This document shows positions 59,101-64,000 of a stretch of DNA of 64,000 bases, one piece after another. Below the pieces are notes generated by a model. That model had not been told where the DNA came from, did not search any database, and saw nothing but the letters and a program-made list of their open reading frames with translations. Within the stretch, counting starts at the first letter, position 1. The number at the start of each line of letters is the position of its first letter. This DNA is from Cyanophora paradoxa CCMP329 (lineage: Eukaryota > Plantae > Glaucophyta), in contig QPMI01000261.1 in the NCBI GenBank assembly GCA_004431415.1, positions 54,827-118,826 of the forward strand, given 5' to 3'. Made by a program: the position numbers and the translations under genes.

Positions 59101-61309
59101 CGGCCGGCGCGGCAACGGGGCAGGGGAGGCGGAGGCGCGGCGGCGGGAGGCGGCGCTGGCGGAGGCGCGCGGGCGGCTGGAGCGGGAGGAGGCGGATCTG
59201 GAAGCCCGCCGGCGGCAGGCGGCCGAGTGCGCTGGGGCGCGGGGCGCGGGGCAGCGGGCGCTGACGGTGTGCAGGCGGCGGCGGGAGGTGGAGGAGGAGC
59301 GGGGGCGGCTCGAGCGCGAGGAGGCGGAACTGAGGGGGCGTGCCGGCGACCTGCCGCGCGCCCGCTCGGGGGCTCCTCGCCGCGCCTCGCCTCGGCGCGC
59401 GCGGAGCTCGAGCGGGAGCGGGCCGAGGTGGAGCGGGAGCGGGGCGAGGCGCAGGCGGCCCTCGAGCGCGCGCGCCGCCACGAGGCCGCCGCCCGCGCCC
59501 GCGAGGAGGAGGCGCGCGCCGCCCTCCGCTCCGCCGGCGGCGGCTCGGCGGCGGCGGCCCTCGACACGCACGCCCTCCTCGACGCCATCCGCCGCGAGTT
59601 CGCCGACAAGGCCCGCCGCCCGCGCCGCGCCCCCGCCGGCCCTGACGCGCGTCGCGCAGCTGCGGCAGCCGGCGCAGGGGGCGCTCGGGGCGGGGTTCGG
59701 GCCCGAGGTCGGGGCGGGTCCGGCGCCGTACCTGGCGATGGTGGAGGCGGTGCGGCGCGAGTTCGACGAGAAGCTCCGCGCCCTCCACGAGCGCGAGCGC
59801 GAGCGCGAGCGCGAGCGCGAGCGGGAGCGCGACCGCGAACGGGAACGCGAGCGCGACCGCGAGCGCGAGCGCGGTGAGCACCAGGCCGGCGCCGCCGCCC
59901 TCGCGCCGCCGCCCGACGGCCCCGCAGAGCGCGAGCGGGAGCGGGAGCGGGAGCGGGAGCGGGAGAAGGAGCGGGGGAGGTCGCTGTCGGCGGGGCGGGA
60001 GCGGCGGCTGACCGGGGGCGGCGCCTCGGGGGTGCTGCGGCTGGAGACGGGGGAGGAGGTGCTGGTGCTCTCGTCGCCCCGCGGGTGCGGCGGGCGCGGG
60101 CGTGGGGCGCCGCCGACGAGGAGCCCGAGGAGGAGGAGGCCGCCCCCGCCGCCTCTCCTCCGCCCCAGCCGCCGCGCCTCCCCGCAGCGCCCCCGCTCCG
60201 CGGCGCCCCGCCCCCGCTCCGCGGAGCGCCCCGCCGACTCCGGGAGCACCTCGGCGGAGGGGCGGGCGGGGGCCGGGGAGGGGGCGGCGCGGGGCGGCTG
60301 GTGACGCGGGAGCTGGACGAGGAGCGGCGGCGGATCAAGCGCGCGGCGGCCTTCCTCCACGAGCAGAAGAAGCTCATCCGGATGCGGCAGGGGGCGCTCG
60401 AGTCGGCGCGCGCCGACTGGAAGCGGGACCTCGCGGGGGCCTCGGGCGGGGAGCGGGAGGTGCTCGGCGAGGTGCGCCGCATGCTGGACGCCCAGGCGGG
60501 CGCGTCAACGAGGACGCCCGCCAGCTCCACGCCGCCCGCCGCCTCCTCTCGTCCGCCCGCCCGGCCCCGCCCCCGCCCCGCGCCCCGCTCACGCCCCGCA
60601 GCCTCCGCGAGCAGCGCCTCAAGCTGCTCGACCGCTACCTGCGGCCGGGGCGGGCCGGCTGCTGTGGGGGCCGCGGAGGGGCGGGGCGGGGGCGGCGCTC
60701 GGGTGCAGGTGCGGGGGAGCTCGAGGCGCTGGACCGCGAGATCGGCGCCCTGCTGCCCCGCTGCGCCGCTCCTTCGCCGACCACCACGAGGCCCCGCCGG
60801 CGGCAAGGAGAACCGCGCCCCCGACTGGGCCCCGACGGGCCCGACGGGCCCCGGGCAGCCCTGGCGCCGCGCCTCGGGCCCGACGGGAGCGGGCCGAGTG
60901 GGCGCGCGCGGGGCCCTACGGGGCGGCCTTCTCGTCGCTGCCGGGGAGCCCCGCGGGGAAGGCGGGCCGGGGCTGGGGCGCGCGCGAGGAGGGCCCCCTC
61001 GTTGCACACACGGCCTCCGCCACCCTCGTCACCAGCAGCCTCAGCAGCCGTCCCGCTTCGGGCGCACACGCCCCCGCTGCCGCCGCCGCCGCCGCCTTTC
61101 TCGGCAAGCAGGCTCCCGGGGCCGGCGACAGCGGCCTGCGCGCCAAGTGGCAGCGCTACTTCAGCGGCGGGGGGAGGAGGGCGGGCGGGTGGGCCCGGGG
61201 CCCGGGGCCCGCCCTGGAGGGCGACTACGTGAGCGACCTGCTGAAGGGCCACAGCGCCTGGCTGCACGACTTCGTCGCCCAGCTCCCGCAGGGCCCTCGC
61301 CGCCCGTAG
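56126..61309 (+). CDS. CEP164: Centrosomal protein CEP164-like (WW domain, long coiled coil)
   Basis: [64 protein letters not shown]. Confidence 0.9.
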
Positions 61310-61814
61310 TCGCGACTCCTCCCGCTCCGCCACCCCTCCGGCGGATCCCGCCTCTCCCCACCCGCCCCCGCAAGTAGAGTAGACAAGTGCTCCTTCCGGC
61401 CTTGCCACTTCCCACTCCGTATGGTATTTCAAGTTTTACCGTAGTACGCATAAATACAGACTGAATATAGGTTTTACCCGCGAATAAGACTCTCTTGAAG
61501 AGAGCCACTGGTAGAGATCATCGTGGCGCGGCATGACTAGCACTGTGGCACCGTTGAAAGAGTACTACGGTAGGTCTAAGCGAATCGAAAGCTCGCCAAC
61601 TGGTTGATACTCGATATCAATATCGATAAGCGAAAGGGCTGACATGCTAGAACCGTACGCGTTGGACTAGAATCGCGAACTATTCGGTCTCTAACATGGT
61701 GGGGCCGCCTACTATTAAAATCTTCGCGACGAGAAGGGTCGCCTGTCCCTCCTATCCTATGACTGTCCTACTAGGCTAACCTCTGCCCTCGAGCGCTGCG
61801 TTGAGCTCGCTTCG

Positions 61815-64000
61815 CTACGCGCTAGGGAATGATGAGAGCGGGGGCGGCGGGGCGGGGTCACGGGGAGAGGAGGGCATCGATCTCGCGCATGGACTCGGAC
61901 CACTCGTCGCGCGTCCGCTGCAGCCGCGCCTGCAGGCTCTCCAGCGTCCCCTTGAGGTCCCCCCCGCCCTGCGCGCCCCCTCAGTGGCCCTCCCAGCGCG
62001 GGGCGCGGGGCGCGGCGCGGGGCGGGGCCGGCGCACGAGCGGGGCCGGCTCGCCGCGGGAGACGGGCATGGACACGGCCGAGCGCCACGAGGCGCCCGTC
62101 GTGAAGCTCCGCCGCCCGCCACCGGCCCGCCAGCCCAGCCGCCGACGCCCCCGCCACCGCGAGGTGGGCGTGGGGGGCGAGTGCGGGAGGGTGCGGCGGG
62201 GCGCGGGGCGGGAGGGGGCGCCTGCGTGGCGGGGCCGCCGCCGGGGCGTGGGAGGCGAGGCTGAAGGCGCGTTCGAGGGCCGCGAGCCACTGCCCCTCGC
62301 CCCCCGCCGCCACCCCGCCCCCGCCCGCGCCTGCGTCGCCGCCTCCGTGCCTGAGGCCGGCGCGGGCGCAGGGGCCGGGGCCGGGGCCGGGGCGGGCTCC
62401 CAGGCGGTGGCGCGGGGCGGGAGGGCGCGCTGGAGGGCGGCGGCGACGGCCTCGGCGCTCACGGCCTCTGTCCGCGCGCCGGCCGAGGCGGAGGAGGGTG
62501 ATGAGGCCGCCGAGGAGGAGGCCCCCGCCCGGGAAGGGGAGCGGGGGCAGCGGGTCGGGGGCCGACCCCAAATGCGGGTGGAGCGCGTCGAGAAAGGCCT
62601 CGGGGCGCTGCGCCGGCTGCTCGTAGGCGGTGCGGAGCAGGGTGGACGGGAGGGGGCGTGGGCAGGGAGCTGCGCGCCGCAGGCGGGGGGCGCCGGCGGG
62701 GAGGCGAGGGCCCCGCAAAGCCCGGCGGCAGGAGGGCCGCAGCGCCTCTTCCCCGGGCCCCTCGGCGGGCGGGGCGGGGAGGGGCCGAGGGCCTCGGAGA
62801 AGGCCGGCGGGGTGCGCGGCAGCGAGCGGGCGTCGAGGGCGTCGCGGGCGAGGCGGGCCTCGAGGCGGCAAGCTGCGCCCCGCGCGCCGCGCTCTCCCCG
62901 CACTCTCCTCGGCCAGCGCCTGCGATCGCGCCGCCTCCTCCTCCGCAGCTGCTGCCCGCTCCTGCGCCCTGCCGCCACTGTCGCGGGCGGAAGCGGGGCG
63001 GGGCGGGCGGGCGGGGCGGGGCGGACTGTGCGGCGGCGGCGCGGGCGGCGGCGGCGTCGGCGCGGGCGGCGGCGAGGTCGGCGTCGAGGGCGGCGAGGCG
63101 GTCGGCGTGGGCGGCGTCGCGCCCGCGCAGCGCCGCGAGCTCCTCGTTCAGCTGCACGTTGTCCGCCCCCATCCCCTGCAGCATCGCCGTGTCCCGCTCC
63201 AGCCTGGCCCCCGTCAGCTCCCCCTCTGCGACCACCCCGCGCCCCCGCGCCCCGCGCACTCGAGCCGCAGGCGGGCCGACTCGGCCTCCAGCGCGGCGAC
63301 GCGGGCCTGCGGCGGGGGCGCGTCGGGGGCGGCGGGGAGGGGTGGCGGGGCGAGGGGCGGGGACCTTGGTGATGGCGGCCTCCTCGCCGGCGGCGCGGAG
63401 GGCGTCGCGCAGGGCGGCGGCCTGCTGCTCGCGGCGGCGAGGCGGGCGCGCAGGCGGTCGGCCTCGGCGGCGGCCTCCTTGGCGGCGGCGCGGTGCTCGG
63501 CGAGGTCGTGCTCGAGGGCGGCGGCGAGGCCGGCGAGGCGCACGTTCTCGTCCAGCCGCCGCTTCACCGCGTCGCGCTGCTCGCAGAGCTCCGCGTGCTG
63601 CGCCCCCACCGCCTCCAGCTGCACCCGCAGCACCCGCACGCTCTCCTTCAGCGCCCGGTTCTCCCCCTCGAGGCGCCCCTGCTCGGCGGCCTGCTCGGGG
63701 CGAGCGGCCGGGCGTGGGAGCCCGAGGAACCCGAGGAGGCGGAGGAGGCGGAGGAGACGCTGGAGGCGACCGAGGCGACGCTCGACGCCAGCGGGCTTCC
63801 GCACGCCCGCCCTCCTCGAACCCCGCCCCTGCCCCCTGTGAGGCGCGCCAGTGGGCGGGCGGGGCGCCGTGGGGACCTGGGAGGGGAGGTCGAGGTGGTC
63901 GGCGTGGCGGGCCTCGAGCTGCTGCAGCTCTCCCGCATCGCCAGCCAGCGCTCCATGATCGCTCGCAGCTCCGCCGCCTCTGCGCACCGCCGTCGCCCAA
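61815..64000 (-). CDS. Coiled-coil protein, 5' truncated by window end
   Basis: Heptad-rich exons (LEGENRALKESVRVLRVQLE, LESLQARLQRTRDEWSESMREIDALL) with typical introns; stop approximate. Confidence 0.6.

Noticed and set aside
61490-61780. Lower-GC stretch that might be a structured RNA
   Set aside because: No recognisable rRNA/snRNA motif; sits between convergent 3' ends

Overview
Gene-dense, very GC-rich, intron-rich eukaryotic nuclear DNA with about 20 genes, each split by many short introns, so the six-frame ORF track is mostly uninformative. Two genes have Phe-led plastid transit-like N-termini without a signal peptide. Together with a plant-type photolyase/hydrolase fusion, centriolar CEP164 and PKA-R, this points to a flagellated primary-plastid alga; a glaucophyte such as Cyanophora is my inference, not proven. 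Recognisable genes: GT2-like protein, GATA factor, PKA regulatory subunit, class I PDE, photolyase-hydrolase fusion, degenerate HtrA/PDZ, COG1, ELF1, LRR protein, GPD1, RING-H2, mycothione-reductase/DLD-like flavoprotein, acetate kinase, PRCC, DUF4062-NACHT-like-LRR protein, two large type I membrane proteins and CEP164. A repeat-rich gene-poor island lies at about 51.3-55.9 kb. Most notable observations: (1) two AT-AC minor-spliceosome (U12-type) introns in the PDE gene; (2) very frequent GC-AG introns with a G(T/C)(G/C)CGC donor; (3) alternating G-rich and C-rich phases along gene bodies that set synonymous codon choice; (4) adjacent PKA-R and PDE genes; (5) an NLR-like protein and an HtrA with degenerate catalytic motifs. 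CDS coordinates span introns and were spliced by eye.
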